This document shows, piece by piece, positions 9,887 through 19,728 of a stretch of 64,000 nucleotides of DNA. The DNA is taken from assembly GCF_050320075.1 (NCBI RefSeq), contig NZ_CP190018.1; one strand, written 5' to 3'. Position 1 is the first letter of the stretch; each line of letters begins with the position of its first letter. The position numbers and the translations under genes were made by a program. The notes under the pieces are model-generated. The model ran no database searches. It had not been told where the DNA came from and saw nothing but the letters and a program-made list of their open reading frames with translations. The DNA is from Escherichia coli. GTDB taxonomy: Bacteria; Pseudomonadota; Gammaproteobacteria; Enterobacterales; Enterobacteriaceae.

Positions 9887-10158
9887 TCCTTCACTTTTAT
9901 TCCAGCAGCGCGGATGTTTTCCTCATAAGCATCCATTGCATCACCGAAGCCATTGGAATAATCAACAGTAAACCCTTTGGCTAATGCTTCTCTGCTGTCG
10001 ATAAACTTTGGCGCGGTTATTTCAATAGCTGCGCGAGATGCCTGCCATGCCCTCCATGCCATTTCCGTGGATGAATAAACATACCCGCAATCACCATATG
10101 CAAGGCTTAAATTTTGCTTTTTCGCGAACTCCAAAAACTGCTTTCTTGATTCGTCCAT
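9883..10158 (-). CDS. Hypothetical phage protein
   Basis: 91 aa, 4-nt overlap with the downstream gene. Confidence 0.45.
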   Translation of the reverse strand: MDESRKQFLEFAKKQNLSLAYGDCGYVYSSTEMAWRAWQASRAAIEITAPKFIDSREALAKGFTVDYSNGFGDAMDAYEENIRAAGIKVKE

Positions 10159-10175
10159 CGATACTTACCCTCAGT

Positions 10176-10382
10176 TCAACTAACAAAACGCCACGCCATT
10201 TTTGCTACGACAACAGGCATAACACCGATAATCACCCAGACAAATGCAGCGCCAAACAACGTATACCATGGGTCTTTACCGTCATTCACAAGACGAATGT
10301 AGCTATGCAGAACAATAAAAAACGTCAGAAGAATCCATCCAACGCCAACGCATTTGCATGCGACGAGCATAAACTCAGCCAC
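10176..10382 (-). CDS. Hypothetical small membrane protein
   Basis: 68 aa with two hydrophobic segments. Confidence 0.4.
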   Translation of the reverse strand: MAEFMLVACKCVGVGWILLTFFIVLHSYIRLVNDGKDPWYTLFGAAFVWVIIGVMPVVVAKMAWRFVS

Positions 10383-10458
10383 GATTTACTCTCCCCCAAA
10401 TAAAAAGGCCTGCGATTACCAGCAGGCCTGTTATTAGCTCAGTGATGTAGATGGTCAT

Positions 10459-12339
10459 TTAATACTCCGTCACGTTTTCCTGTCGCCACGCCTCGTCATA
10501 TTCCGATTTCGGCATATTGGCGATGTAGCTATATGGCGATCCTGATTCAAGTTGCAGGAACTGGTGCGATTGCTCGTCAAGGAACAACGGGACACCACCT
10601 TCCCAACCTTCGCCGTTACGTTGCTTTTCAAGCATCAAAACAGATGCCGGAGATGCCAGTAGCTGTTCGTCCTTCTCTGACATCCTTTCACCACTCTGAA
10701 CTCTCTGTAACGCTCTCTCGCGAGCCTTGTTACGCCAGATGATGAAAAGGTTGTCTGTCAGGTCTGTTATCGCTCCAGAGCCTTTTACGTCCATTTTCCC
10801 GGTTGGTTTTTCTTCGCTGTCACCTTTTCGCGAGTGAGTAACGAGAATGACGTGGGAGTTTGTTTTGTTTTTGAAATCGCAAATCGAGTCAACAAACGCC
10901 TTCTGCCCGTTATAGTCATCGTCGCCTATGCCACATTTCATCAGGCTGTCGATGATGAATAACTGGATGCCGTATCGGCGGCGAGCGTAGTCGAATATTT
11001 CGATCAGCCTGTCGGCTTTCGCCGTTCCGGTCAGACCAAACACCCAAAGTCTTTCGTCATAAAATTTAAATGCAGAGTCAATTTCCAGCACTGGCGGCAT
11101 CTTGCAGCACGTCGCCTGACGGGTAAGTCGTTTAAGGAGAATGCCTGGCTTCAGCTCAAGTGACGCGATGCACGTCTTCACACCCTGACGCATTGCCTCA
11201 AGTGCCATATGCCCGACAACCTCCGTTTTTCCGTGACCGTTCACACCATTGACCAGCGTCAACTCGGCCTCACGGAACTGGAATTTATCTGCCAGAGATT
11301 CCCACGGTGGATTAAACAGATACTGCTGCTTGCCGTAGAAAGCGTTGATAGTGTCCTGGTAAAACTCTCGCGCGCTGTAGAGTTCTTCAGGATCGAAGTA
11401 GGATGCCGTGCCGATGTACTGCCAGATTTCATCCTCGGTAACACCGTTCATCAGGCATTCGTTGATGTCTTTGTACGGCAGAGTAACAAGACGGCAACGA
11501 TGTTCACCGAGTCGGCTTGCGATTTCCCTTGCGGCTTCACGACCAACATCATCAACGTCCATCGAGATGAATATTTCCTCAAACCTGTCGAGGTTGTGAT
11601 ACTCAAACTCAATCCACTGTTGCTTAGCGCCTTTCCCGCCACCAAACGGCACGGATAACGCCGAGATGCCGTATTGCGCATAGCTCATACAATCAATTTC
11701 GCCTTCGCAAAGTACAACCGCCCTCACGCCAGCGTCCAGAGCCTGCCATCCGAACAGACAAGGTTCGCAATCACCCTCTGCCATAATGACTTTCTTCCCG
11801 TCCGGGCGCTCAGTGCTGATTCGCTTGACCTGCAACAACTCACCATCGCGTTTGTACGGAAGCACCAGTGCATCAAGTTCTCGTTCTCCATTCCACACCT
11901 TGCCGCTGACAACCTCGTAGCGCTTTACGACTTCTGGCGATATGCCACGCGATTGCAGGTACTCAAGATGGGATTCTGTTCTGGTAACGTAGCGGGCGAT
12001 TTTCTTGCGGTCAGGTCTGGAGAATTTCTTCTCACGTTTGGCATCGAAATGGTGATCGTCATCCTTGATTCCGAGAAAGGCTTTCGCTTCCTGCATAGCC
12101 TGATGCAGGTTAATTCCACGACATGCCATCCACAAATCAAGCATGTCACCGCCGTCTCCCTCAGCGAAATCAGCCCATTTTTTCTTGCCGCTAAGGTTGA
12201 CCTTAAGGCTGTTTCCCTTGTCACCGTTGACGTTACCGGCAACCCACTCATGCCCCTCTTTCTTGCCGTTTGGCAACAGGTGCGGAGCCACCCTGTCAAC
12301 CTGCGCCCAAAGCAGGTCGCTAAGTTCACTTGGCGTCAT
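10459..12339 (-). CDS. Bifunctional DNA primase-helicase (Toprim primase + DnaB-family helicase)
   Basis: 626 aa; Toprim-like CEGEIDCMS, Walker A GVNGHGKTE, Walker B LFIIDSL. Confidence 0.8.
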   Translation of the reverse strand: MTPSELSDLLWAQVDRVAPHLLPNGKKEGHEWVAGNVNGDKGNSLKVNLSGKKKWADFAEGDGGDMLDLWMACRGINLHQAMQEAKAFLGIKDDDHHFDAKREKKFSRPDRKKIARYVTRTESHLEYLQSRGISPEVVKRYEVVSGKVWNGERELDALVLPYKRDGELLQVKRISTERPDGKKVIMAEGDCEPCLFGWQALDAGVRAVVLCEGEIDCMSYAQYGISALSVPFGGGKGAKQQWIEFEYHNLDRFEEIFISMDVDDVGREAAREIASRLGEHRCRLVTLPYKDINECLMNGVTEDEIWQYIGTASYFDPEELYSAREFYQDTINAFYGKQQYLFNPPWESLADKFQFREAELTLVNGVNGHGKTEVVGHMALEAMRQGVKTCIASLELKPGILLKRLTRQATCCKMPPVLEIDSAFKFYDERLWVFGLTGTAKADRLIEIFDYARRRYGIQLFIIDSLMKCGIGDDDYNGQKAFVDSICDFKNKTNSHVILVTHSRKGDSEEKPTGKMDVKGSGAITDLTDNLFIIWRNKARERALQRVQSGERMSEKDEQLLASPASVLMLEKQRNGEGWEGGVPLFLDEQSHQFLQLESGSPYSYIANMPKSEYDEAWRQENVTEY

Positions 12340-12446
12340 GATTCCCTCAGATTGAGATTTTTAAACCAGAAATCGACAAACGAAATACTTAACCAGCCGT
12401 GGTTATAACCAGCGACCAGTAGCGATTTGATTTTTGATTTCATGGT

Positions 12447-13307
12447 TCACCTGTCGAAAAACACGTAGCCAGTTTTCGATACGGTGATTGCGGATGGTGG
12501 TTTGGATTGTGGTTGAATGGTTTCTGGCTTTTCGTCGTTCCAGCGCTGACCGTTCAGGTAGCTCGATGGTAACAACCTGTCGAATCCGAACTGCTTACCA
12601 TTCCTGCATGCGATGTCTTCTGCCAGCATCGTGGCAAACTCGCTTGCCGTACCCCTTGTAGTTTTACGCCATTCCCTGAACTGTGTTCTGAATGCCGAAG
12701 CCGCGTTTTTCTTCCCGGCTTTCCGCATGCCTGCACACCAGAATATTTCCTCGAATGCCTTGTCGGTTTCTTCGTGACGGTCAGGTGATTTTTCACACTC
12801 CGTCCGAACACTTTCGGACATAGTGTTTTTATTATTTCTTTTTTCTTTTGTAATAGTTTCTTTTGTGTGTCCCTGTTTTGGTGACAGCGCTGTCACCGTT
12901 TTGGTGACACTTTTTGTCACCAATGCAGTGACATTATCACCAGAGTAGTGACACCCTTCGATTTGCCATTCCTCGATGTTCTTGTTAGGCCCGATTTGCT
13001 GGCCTTCGCGAAGGATTACCTTCATCGCGATAAGCTCATTCTTGGCCTTGTTTACCTTCTGTCTTGGCAGCCTGGTAATTTGAGCTAACTGACTATCAGA
13101 GATGCGATCCATCTTTTTACCGTAGCCGTATGTTTTACGGCATATGGCGTGGGCAACCTTGCTCTGATTTTTCGTTAAATCTGCGCCGATAAGCTCTTCA
13201 TACAGGGCATTTGCAAGACGGGTATAACCATCTTCAACTTCTGCCACACGACGCTCCACAGGCCGTTGTGAAGACCTTAAATGTGTTACGGTTGCAAGAT
13301 TACTCAT
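12447..13307 (-). CDS. Replication initiator with lambda O-like N-terminal DNA-binding domain
   Basis: 286 aa; position after cII; iteron-like repeats inside its coding region. Confidence 0.7.
   Translation of the reverse strand: MSNLATVTHLRSSQRPVERRVAEVEDGYTRLANALYEELIGADLTKNQSKVAHAICRKTYGYGKKMDRISDSQLAQITRLPRQKVNKAKNELIAMKVILREGQQIGPNKNIEEWQIEGCHYSGDNVTALVTKSVTKTVTALSPKQGHTKETITKEKRNNKNTMSESVRTECEKSPDRHEETDKAFEEIFWCAGMRKAGKKNAASAFRTQFREWRKTTRGTASEFATMLAEDIACRNGKQFGFDRLLPSSYLNGQRWNDEKPETIQPQSKPPSAITVSKTGYVFFDR
12850..12960. repeat. Candidate replication origin: iteron cluster with flanking A+T-rich tract inside the O-like gene
   Basis: Repeated GGTGACAGCGCTGTCACC, GGTGACACTTTTTGTCACC, GTGACATTATCACC, GTGACACCC units; adjacent tract ttattatttcttttttcttttgtaatagtttcttttgtgtg. 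Confidence 0.5.
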
Positions 13308-13439
13308 GACCTTTCTCCTTCTGCATCAGCTTCACTTTTTCCAACTCAGCCCGGAATCGACCAGGCTGCTTGAAGCTGGACAGGAAGCGATCACGTAGTA
13401 TGTGTTTGTGAATTTTGTCCTGGTAAGGACTGAGTTGTT

Positions 13440-13521
13440 TTGTCATAATTACTTCTGTGGATTGATCCAGTCTTTCTACATCAGGCCTCGAAGAATTCGC
13501 CGTTCTTCGGGGCTTTTTCTT
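13440..13521 (+). ncRNA. OOP-like antisense RNA candidate overlapping the 3' end of cII
   Basis: Plus-strand hairpin CGAAGAA-TTCGCCG-TTCTTCG followed by GGGCTTTTTCTTTT inside the last codons of minus-strand cII; promoter not confidently placed. Confidence 0.3.
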
Positions 13522-13762
13522 TTGTCAGGTAATCGGCAAGCCGCTTAGTCAATTCAGCCATTTCATCGTCTTCGATTCCGTATTCCAGAACAGCAAGCAT
13601 CATGCTTACCTGCGAGAAGAAACCATTCTTCCATCGGCTTACCTGATATTCAGGAACCCCCATTGCTCGAGCGAATGTCTTCTGCCCCATCAGTGCCAGT
13701 TTGTTCAGCAAGGCTGACTCGATGCGAGCCGCTTTCTTGCTTTTAGTTGCAATAGTACCCAT
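13481..13762 (-). CDS. cII: CII transcriptional activator
   Basis: 93 aa; [14 protein letters not shown]...SRWK...FSMLLAVLEYG matches lambda CII from memory. Confidence 0.85.
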   Translation of the reverse strand: MGTIATKSKKAARIESALLNKLALMGQKTFARAMGVPEYQVSRWKNGFFSQVSMMLAVLEYGIEDDEMAELTKRLADYLTKEKAPKNGEFFEA

Positions 13763-13839
13763 AGATAATTTCCTTAATGATTAGATAGAGTTGGCTTCGC
13801 AAAGAAACGCAAAACCATAGAGATTTGTTTCTGGTAATG

Positions 13840-13871
13840 CCCTTTTTCAGGGCTGTGATGTGTAAGAGCTA
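13840..13871 (-). promoter_or_regulatory. nutR (boxA GCTCTTACACA, boxB GCCCTGAAAAAGGGC)
   Basis: Minus-strand boxA/boxB downstream of cro. Confidence 0.7.
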
Positions 13872-13878
13872 GAATGTC

Positions 13879-14094
13879 TTAAGCGGCTTTGCGTTCCGGC
13901 GGGAACACGTCATCAAGACTGACTTTTGCGCCTAACTTGTTTAGGCACTCAACAAGAGCACGGCATGTTTTAAGGTCTGGGAAGCGACGACCAGATTCCC
14001 AATGTCCGATAGCTCCCTGTGTGCATCCAACTGCCTTAGCAAGTGTTGTTTGAGAGATATTCAGTGACTCTCGATATTTTCGTAGGTTGCTCAT
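13879..14094 (-). CDS. cro: Cro-like HTH repressor
   Basis: 71 aa from ATG 14094 (MSNLRKYRESLNISQTTLAKAVGCTQGAIGHWESG...); ORF track extends further upstream to 14265. Confidence 0.8.
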   Translation of the reverse strand: MSNLRKYRESLNISQTTLAKAVGCTQGAIGHWESGRRFPDLKTCRALVECLNKLGAKVSLDDVFPPERKAA

Positions 14095-14205
14095 ATGCCC
14101 TCCATAGTAACCATGAAACAATAATACGATATGTACTTTTAGAATGCAAACAAAAAATACATCTTGTGCGTGGATGATTTTAGTACAGAGCGTAATAATA
14201 AGGGT

Positions 14206-14865
14206 ATGAAAATGAAATGGTATGAACTGGCTAGATCCAGAATGAAAGAGCTCGGCATAACTCAAGAGAAGTTAGCTGAAGAGCTTGGTATGACGCAGGG
14301 TGGAATTGGTCACTGGTTGCGCGGATCTCGTCATCCATCTCTTGACGAGATTGGTGTGGTGTTTAAATACCTTGGTATTGATAACGTCTCATTCAACCAC
14401 GACGGTACATTTTCACCTGTTGGCGAATACTCATCTGCCCCCGTTAAAAAACAATATGAGTACCCTGTTTTTTCTCATGTTCAGGCCGGGATGTTCTCGC
14501 CTGAGCTTAGAACCTTTACCAAAGGTGATGCGGAGAGATGGGTCAGCACAACCAAAAAAGCCAGTGATTGTGCGTTCTGGCTTGAAGTTGAAGGTAATTC
14601 CATGACCGCGCCAACAGGATCCAAGCCAAGCTTTCCTGACGGGATGTTAATTCTCGTTGACCCTGAGCAGGCTGTTGAGCCAGGTGATTTCTGCATAGCC
14701 AGACTTGGTGGTGACGAGTTTACCTTCAAGAAGCTGATCAGGGATAGCGGGCAGGTGTTCCTACAGCCACTAAACCCGCAATATCCAATGATTCCATGCA
14801 ATGATAGCTGTTCCGTAGTAGGGAAAGTTATCGCCAGCCAGTGGCCTGAAGAGACATTTAGTTAA
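14206..14865 (+). CDS. cI: CI repressor (LexA-like S24 autocleaving); lambda-type C-terminal domain with a different N-terminal DNA-binding domain
   Basis: C-terminal [26 protein letters not shown]...[17 protein letters not shown]... near-identical to lambda CI; N-terminal HTH differs; divergent from cro. Confidence 0.9.
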   Translation: MKMKWYELARSRMKELGITQEKLAEELGMTQGGIGHWLRGSRHPSLDEIGVVFKYLGIDNVSFNHDGTFSPVGEYSSAPVKKQYEYPVFSHVQAGMFSPELRTFTKGDAERWVSTTKKASDCAFWLEVEGNSMTAPTGSKPSFPDGMLILVDPEQAVEPGDFCIARLGGDEFTFKKLIRDSGQVFLQPLNPQYPMIPCNDSCSVVGKVIASQWPEETFS

Positions 14866-14888
14866 CAGCCTCACAACTCTAAAACACA

Positions 14889-14920
14889 CATCAATAACCC
14901 GACCTTAGCGTCGGGTTTTC
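14889..14920 (+). terminator. Terminator-like hairpin after cI
   Basis: CCCGAC-CTTAGC-GTCGGG followed by TTTTCTTTTT. Confidence 0.5.
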
Positions 14921-14990
14921 TTTTTCCAAAATATAAACCCATTAAATACAAAGCGTTATAAAAAACTAATTATATTTAGAACATTTTGTA

Positions 14991-15019
14991 TTGACTCGAT
15001 AAAGTACAAATCGTACTAT
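14991..15019 (+). promoter_or_regulatory. pL-like promoter (-35 TTGACT, 17 bp, -10 TACTAT) overlapping a palindromic operator candidate AGTACAAATCGTACT
   Basis: Hexamers at 14991-14996 and 15014-15019; palindrome 15003-15017; upstream of nutL and N. Confidence 0.45.
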
Positions 15020-15058
15020 TTAGCCATCAGCAGGACGCACTAACCACCATGAAGGTGA

Positions 15059-15089
15059 TGCTCTTAAAAATTTAGCCCTGAAGAAGGGC
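15059..15089 (+). promoter_or_regulatory. nutL (boxA-like GCTCTTAAAAATT, boxB GCCCTGAAGAAGGGC)
   Basis: boxB at 15075-15089 is identical to the remembered lambda nutL boxB. Confidence 0.7.
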
Positions 15090-15199
15090 AGCATTCAAAG
15101 CAGAAAGCTTTGAGTAGCGCGAAATGCAGCTGCAAGACAGCAACCGTGGAGATAAGCATCACGGCGCGTTACTCAAAGCTAACTGACAGGAGAATCCAG

Positions 15200-15526
15200 A
15201 TGAATGCACAAACACGCCGCCGCGAACGTCGCGCAGAGAAACAGGCTCAATGGAAAGCAGCAAATCCCCTGTTGGTTGGGGTAAGCGCAAAACCAGTTAA
15301 CCGCCCAATTCTCTCGCTGAATCGCAAACCGAAATCACGAGTAGAAAGCGCACTGAATCCGATAGACCTTACGGTGCTGGCTGAATACCACGAACAGATT
15401 GAAAGCAACCTGCAACGTATTGAGCGCAAGAATCAGCGCACATGGTACAGCAAGCCACGCAGTGAAATGGGTGTGACTTGTGTTGGTCGCCAGAAAATGA
15501 AATTAGGCAGCAAACCACTTATTTGA
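15200..15526 (+). CDS. N: Antiterminator N (lambda type)
   Basis: From ATG 15200 preceded by AGGAG; arginine-rich motif MNAQTRRRERRAEKQAQWKAAN; ORF track start 15110 is upstream. Confidence 0.9.
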   Translation: MNAQTRRRERRAEKQAQWKAANPLLVGVSAKPVNRPILSLNRKPKSRVESALNPIDLTVLAEYHEQIESNLQRIERKNQRTWYSKPRSEMGVTCVGRQKMKLGSKPLI

Positions 15527-15534
15527 GGTGAGAT

Positions 15535-15786
15535 ATGGAGTTTCATGAAAGTGCGATTTGTGATTTTCGCGCTAACGCAAATTCAGTAAAACCACAGCCA
15601 ATTGCAGTTCTTTTTAAAACAATGGGGGCGTGGGCTGTTTTATGCTTCGCCGCTGACGACACTGACGCAAGAATGGCAATAGGCCAAGAGATGGAGATGG
15701 ACCCGACAAACGATGAATTCATAATTTATGGCGCTCCATCTAATTACTTACTTGATACCTGCAACATTTACAACAAGGCTGCCTGA
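15535..15786 (+). CDS. Small early protein, possibly Ral-like
   Basis: 83 aa with a good RBS (GAGGTGAG); C-terminal NKAA as in lambda Ral; weak similarity only. Confidence 0.4.
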   Translation: MEFHESAICDFRANANSVKPQPIAVLFKTMGAWAVLCFAADDTDARMAIGQEMEMDPTNDEFIIYGAPSNYLLDTCNIYNKAA

Positions 15787-16012
15787 TGGTGGCCTTTATT
15801 TTTGGCATAAACAACAGAATAAACACTGCACTGTGTATTCATTCCAACGAGTGAATACACGGAGCAATGTCGCTCGTAACTAAACAGGAGCCGACTTGTT
15901 CTGATTATTGGAAATCTTCTTTGCCCTCCAGTGTGGGGGCTTTTTTATATGCATACCAATAACGCTTCACTCGAGGCGTTTTCGTTATGCAATCAAACAG
16001 AAGGAGCATCCT

Positions 16013-16183
16013 ATGCAACAGTTCGCTATTGCAGGGGCGGCATCGGTTCGCCCTTTCAACCCGATTTTATCGGTACAGCATTCACGAAAAAATATTTTAA
16101 CCGGAGCAGACTTTAAACAACCAAGAATGAAAAGTTTGCTCGAAAAGCTTTGGGATATTTTGAAACAACAAGGCCGTCCATGA
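16013..16183 (+). CDS. cIII: CIII-like protein
   Basis: 56 aa from ATG 16013 after GGAG; AIAG...SLLEKLWDILKQQGRP resembles lambda CIII. Confidence 0.7.
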   Translation: MQQFAIAGAASVRPFNPILSVQHSRKNILTGADFKQPRMKSLLEKLWDILKQQGRP

Positions 16184-16338
16184 GTTTTACGGATAACTGG
16201 TCAGACGAAGAATTCATTCGTCAGATGAAAGAATTAATCGGTAACGAAGGAGATATTCATGTCACTTGCAACCACAGTGAAGGAGAGCAAGTTACAGAGA
16301 CGCATGTACACGCAGAAAGCTCTCTGGTATCGCCATAA
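16180..16338 (+). CDS. Hypothetical small protein, translationally coupled (ATGA overlap) to cIII
   Basis: 52 aa from the internal Met of ORF 16150-16338. Confidence 0.35.
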   Translation: MSFTDNWSDEEFIRQMKELIGNEGDIHVTCNHSEGEQVTETHVHAESSLVSP

Positions 16339-16439
16339 TGGCGACCGCGAAGGAATGCGGGTATGCCTTAATTTGTCCCGAGTCGAAGTATTAAATCAGC
16401 GTTATTTCCTTGGGCCATGTCCATTCTGAGAACAATCAT

Positions 16440-17045
16440 ATGAGCAAAGAATTTTACGCAAGACTGGCAGCTATTCAGGAGAATCTGAACGCGCCAAAGA
16501 ATCAGTACAACTCATTCGGTAAATATAAATACAGAAGCTGCGAAGACATTCTTGAAGGCGTTAAGCCGTTACTGAATGGCCTGTTTTTATCAATCAGCGA
16601 TGAAGTTGTGTTGATTGGTGATCGGTATTATGTGAAAGCCACGGCAACTATTACCGATGGCGAAAACAGTCATACGGCAACCGCACTAGCACGAGAGGAA
16701 GAAAGCAAGAAAGGAATGGATTCTGCACAAGTTACGGGGGCTACAAGCTCTTATGCACGCAAGTATTGCCTCAATGGTTTGTTCGGCATTGATGATGCGA
16801 AAGATGCAGATACCGACGAGCATAAACATCAGCAGAACGCAGCAGCAAAGCAATCAAAACCATCACCTACACCTGAACAGGTTCTAAAAGCATTCACTGA
16901 CGCAGCAATGCAGAAAAACACCGTAGAAGAGCTTAAACAGGCGTTCGCCAAAGCGTGGAAGATGCTCGAAGGGACGCCGGAGCAGCACAAAGCGCAGGAC
17001 GTTTACAACATCAGACGAGGCGAATTAGAAGGGGCAACTGCTTAA
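16440..17045 (+). CDS. erf: Erf single-strand annealing protein (P22 Erf family)
   Basis: MSKEFYARLAAIQENLNAPKNQYNSFGKYKYRSCEDILEGVKPLL... matches P22 Erf from memory. Confidence 0.9.
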   Translation: MSKEFYARLAAIQENLNAPKNQYNSFGKYKYRSCEDILEGVKPLLNGLFLSISDEVVLIGDRYYVKATATITDGENSHTATALAREEESKKGMDSAQVTGATSSYARKYCLNGLFGIDDAKDADTDEHKHQQNAAAKQSKPSPTPEQVLKAFTDAAMQKNTVEELKQAFAKAWKMLEGTPEQHKAQDVYNIRRGELEGATA

Positions 17046-17428
17046 TGGCACATTCGATTACAGTAAGACTAAACAAGCCCGCAAGAGAGTTTCAGGCCGG
17101 GGAAAATATCGGATTCAACATCCGTGCTGGCGTTCAGTATTACGATCGCCAGACAAAAAAGAAAGAATGGACAAACTACAGCGCCGTTGTATTTGCCAAG
17201 CCGGGGGCGCAAGCGGATTACTACCGTAGTGTTCTTGTTGAAGGTGGCATTGTTGAAGTTACCGGAGAAAACATCAGGGTTGATGTTTATCAGGGGCAAA
17301 ATGGTCAATCAATCACTCTTGAATTACTGAATGCAAAGATTGGATTTGCAGCTTCAGGAAACAGCCAACAGCAGCAAAGTAGCAATCATCAAAATAATCC
17401 TGAATACGACGATTCAATTCCCTTCTAA
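17045..17428 (+). CDS. SSB-like single-stranded DNA-binding protein
   Basis: 127 aa from ATG 17045 (TAATG overlap with erf stop); ends with the SSB-type acidic tail ...EYDDSIPF. Confidence 0.75.
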   Translation: MAHSITVRLNKPAREFQAGENIGFNIRAGVQYYDRQTKKKEWTNYSAVVFAKPGAQADYYRSVLVEGGIVEVTGENIRVDVYQGQNGQSITLELLNAKIGFAASGNSQQQQSSNHQNNPEYDDSIPF

Positions 17429-17451
17429 ATTAGCAAAATAAGGATTCCATT

Positions 17452-17748
17452 ATGCCAGCGCCTCTGTATGGTGCGGATGACCCGCGCCGCTGTTCCGGCA
17501 ATTCCGTATCGGAGGTGCTGGATAAATTCAGAAAAAACTACGATCGGATAATGTCGCTACCGCAGGAAACGAAAAAGGAAAAGGAATTTCGCCACTGTAT
17601 ATGGCTTGCAGAGAAAGAAGAACGCGAGCTAATTTACCAGACATCAATCCGACCATTCCGCAAAGCCACATATACCCACTTCCCTGAATATATCGACCCG
17701 CGCCTGCGTAATTACCGCTCACGCTATGGCGCTATCAGTAATGACTGA
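17452..17748 (+). CDS. Hypothetical early accessory protein
   Basis: 98 aa ORF in the early-left operon. Confidence 0.5.
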   Translation: MPAPLYGADDPRRCSGNSVSEVLDKFRKNYDRIMSLPQETKKEKEFRHCIWLAEKEERELIYQTSIRPFRKATYTHFPEYIDPRLRNYRSRYGAISND

Positions 17749-17758
17749 GGAATTAACA

Positions 17759-18049
17759 ATGAAAACAATGAAGATAAACATCGACCTCGGAAAATACGTT
17801 ATTACCGGAACCAAACACGATCTGATTCTTAGTGAAAGAGGAATTATCAAAGAAGGCGAGAATGCAGGGAAAGAAACACTAAGCCGTATCGGTTATTACA
17901 GCAAGTTTGAGCATCTGGTTAAAGAATTATGCAACCGTGAAATCCTGTTATCTCAGGCGCAGACGCTACAGGATATTCAGCAACATATCGAGAATTTAGG
18001 TGTGTCACTTAGCATGGCTATTGACCAGTTCGTGGAGAGTAAATCATGA
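17759..18049 (+). CDS. Hypothetical early accessory protein (start uncertain)
   Basis: Internal Met of ORF 17726-18049. Confidence 0.4.
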   Translation: MKTMKINIDLGKYVITGTKHDLILSERGIIKEGENAGKETLSRIGYYSKFEHLVKELCNREILLSQAQTLQDIQQHIENLGVSLSMAIDQFVESKS

Positions 18050-18206
18050 GAGGACTTGCATACAATCCCGGCATTCTTCCGGCAGAAATGATTATTCGCC
18101 AACGCGTAAAGCCAATGCCATCGAGAGAGGAATTGCTCAAGAGAAATTCTTTTCCGTCAGTAAATCAAAACAAATATCTGAATGCGATGTGGCGGAGTGG
18201 GAAGAA

Positions 18207-18647
18207 ATGAAACAAATGTCACTAATTGAGATGGATGGTTTTCTGAAAGGTAAATGCATCCCAAGTGATTTAAAGGTTAACGAAACAAACGCTGAATATC
18301 TTGTCCGTAAGTTCGGTGAACTTGAATCAAAACTCAACGAGCAGCGTGAGTATTACGAAGGTGTTATCTCGGATGGGAGTAAGCGTATTGCAGAACTGGA
18401 AAGCAACGAAGTCCATGAAGACGGAAATCAGTTTCTTGTTGTTCGCCACCCCGGGAAATCTCCGGTAATCAAGCACTGCACTGGTGACCTGGAAGAGTTT
18501 CTGCGGAAGTTAATCGAACAAGACCCGTTAGTAACTATCGACATCATTACGCATCGCTATTACGGGATTGGCGGTCAATGGGTTCAGGATGCAGTTGAGT
18601 ATCTGCATATGATGTCTGAAGCTGGCATTCGCATCAAAGGAGAGTGA
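18207..18647 (+). CDS. Hypothetical early accessory protein (start uncertain; ORF track gives 18000)
   Basis: In-frame Met after GGAG; shares a ...SPVI... stretch with the next gene. Confidence 0.4.
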   Translation: MKQMSLIEMDGFLKGKCIPSDLKVNETNAEYLVRKFGELESKLNEQREYYEGVISDGSKRIAELESNEVHEDGNQFLVVRHPGKSPVIKHCTGDLEEFLRKLIEQDPLVTIDIITHRYYGIGGQWVQDAVEYLHMMSEAGIRIKGE

Positions 18648-18648
18648 T

Positions 18649-19728
18649 ATGAGCACTATCACTAAAGAACGTATCGAATTGTTCATTAAATCCCCGCTTG
18701 AAAACGGGCTTACCCGTGGCGAACAAATGGAACTGGCACGAATTGCACTGGCATCACTGGAACGCGAACAGATTCGCCACGAGCATGCCAAATGGTCTGA
18801 CTCCACATTTGGCTGCGTTGGCCCCATTGGTCCACTGAAACACCTCTCAAAAGAGGCACTGGAAGCCGCAGCCGAACCAGACGATCTTAGCGAGTGGGCT
18901 GATATGCAGTTTCTGTTGTGGGATGCACAGCGCCGTGCTGGCATCAGCGATGCTGAAATTACCGCTGCTATGGAAGATAAATTGAAGATCAACATGGAGC
19001 GCCAGTGGCCTGAACCAAAAGATGGTGAGCCTCGCTTGCACATTAAAGAACCCGGCAACTCTCCGGTAATTCCGGATGGTTTATCCACGGTATGCGCTGA
19101 GGCTTATCAGGTTGTAGGAGTTATGGCAGATGCGCTTGGTGTATTCGGTGATGCAGCAGTACAGAAAGTTCTGGATAACCTGTCACAGCAAAAACTTGTT
19201 CACAGAGATGTGCTGCCGTTCTCGCTTCCGGTGACTCCGGATGGTTGGATAAGCTGTAGTGAGCGAATGCCTGTAATTGGCGAGCTAAATTGGAGAACTA
19301 GTTTTCCTTTACTGGTTACGTGTGAGATCGGCGTTATACCTGCTTATTACGGCTTTGTGAGCGTTAATGGTGATAGGCATTATGGCTTTATGGAGAGTCT
19401 TAAATACGGAGACGATAACGGCAACCATCCTCAAACTAATGAATATGGTCTGATTAGCAATGTCACACACTGGATGCCACTACCAGAACGCCGCAGGAGT
19501 CGAACAGTGAATAATGCAGAGTTATTTCAGAAAATTTCGGCTCTCGCGACTGAATGCCACGCTATAGCATCTGAGCTTGATGTTGGCGATGAACGAACCG
19601 AGATGTTCGAAATATACAGTGTGCTGCGCAATCTCTGTCGGCGTGGCTACGCCACTCAAGTAGGGCGAATGACTAACCCACTACTCTCATTCTGTGATGA
19701 GGATGACTCGGATGAGGATGACGAATGA
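18649..19728 (+). CDS. Two-domain early accessory protein with DUF551-like C-terminal region
   Basis: 359 aa; W-x-S-x-S-E-R-x-P motif (WISCSERMP); acidic C-terminus. Confidence 0.55.
   Translation: MSTITKERIELFIKSPLENGLTRGEQMELARIALASLEREQIRHEHAKWSDSTFGCVGPIGPLKHLSKEALEAAAEPDDLSEWADMQFLLWDAQRRAGISDAEITAAMEDKLKINMERQWPEPKDGEPRLHIKEPGNSPVIPDGLSTVCAEAYQVVGVMADALGVFGDAAVQKVLDNLSQQKLVHRDVLPFSLPVTPDGWISCSERMPVIGELNWRTSFPLLVTCEIGVIPAYYGFVSVNGDRHYGFMESLKYGDDNGNHPQTNEYGLISNVTHWMPLPERRRSRTVNNAELFQKISALATECHAIASELDVGDERTEMFEIYSVLRNLCRRGYATQVGRMTNPLLSFCDEDDSDEDDE

Noticed and set aside
13879-14265. 128-aa extended form of the cro ORF
   Set aside because: The N-terminal 57 aa are hydrophobic and read through the cI/cro operator region on the opposite strand; the HTH protein starts at ATG 14094.
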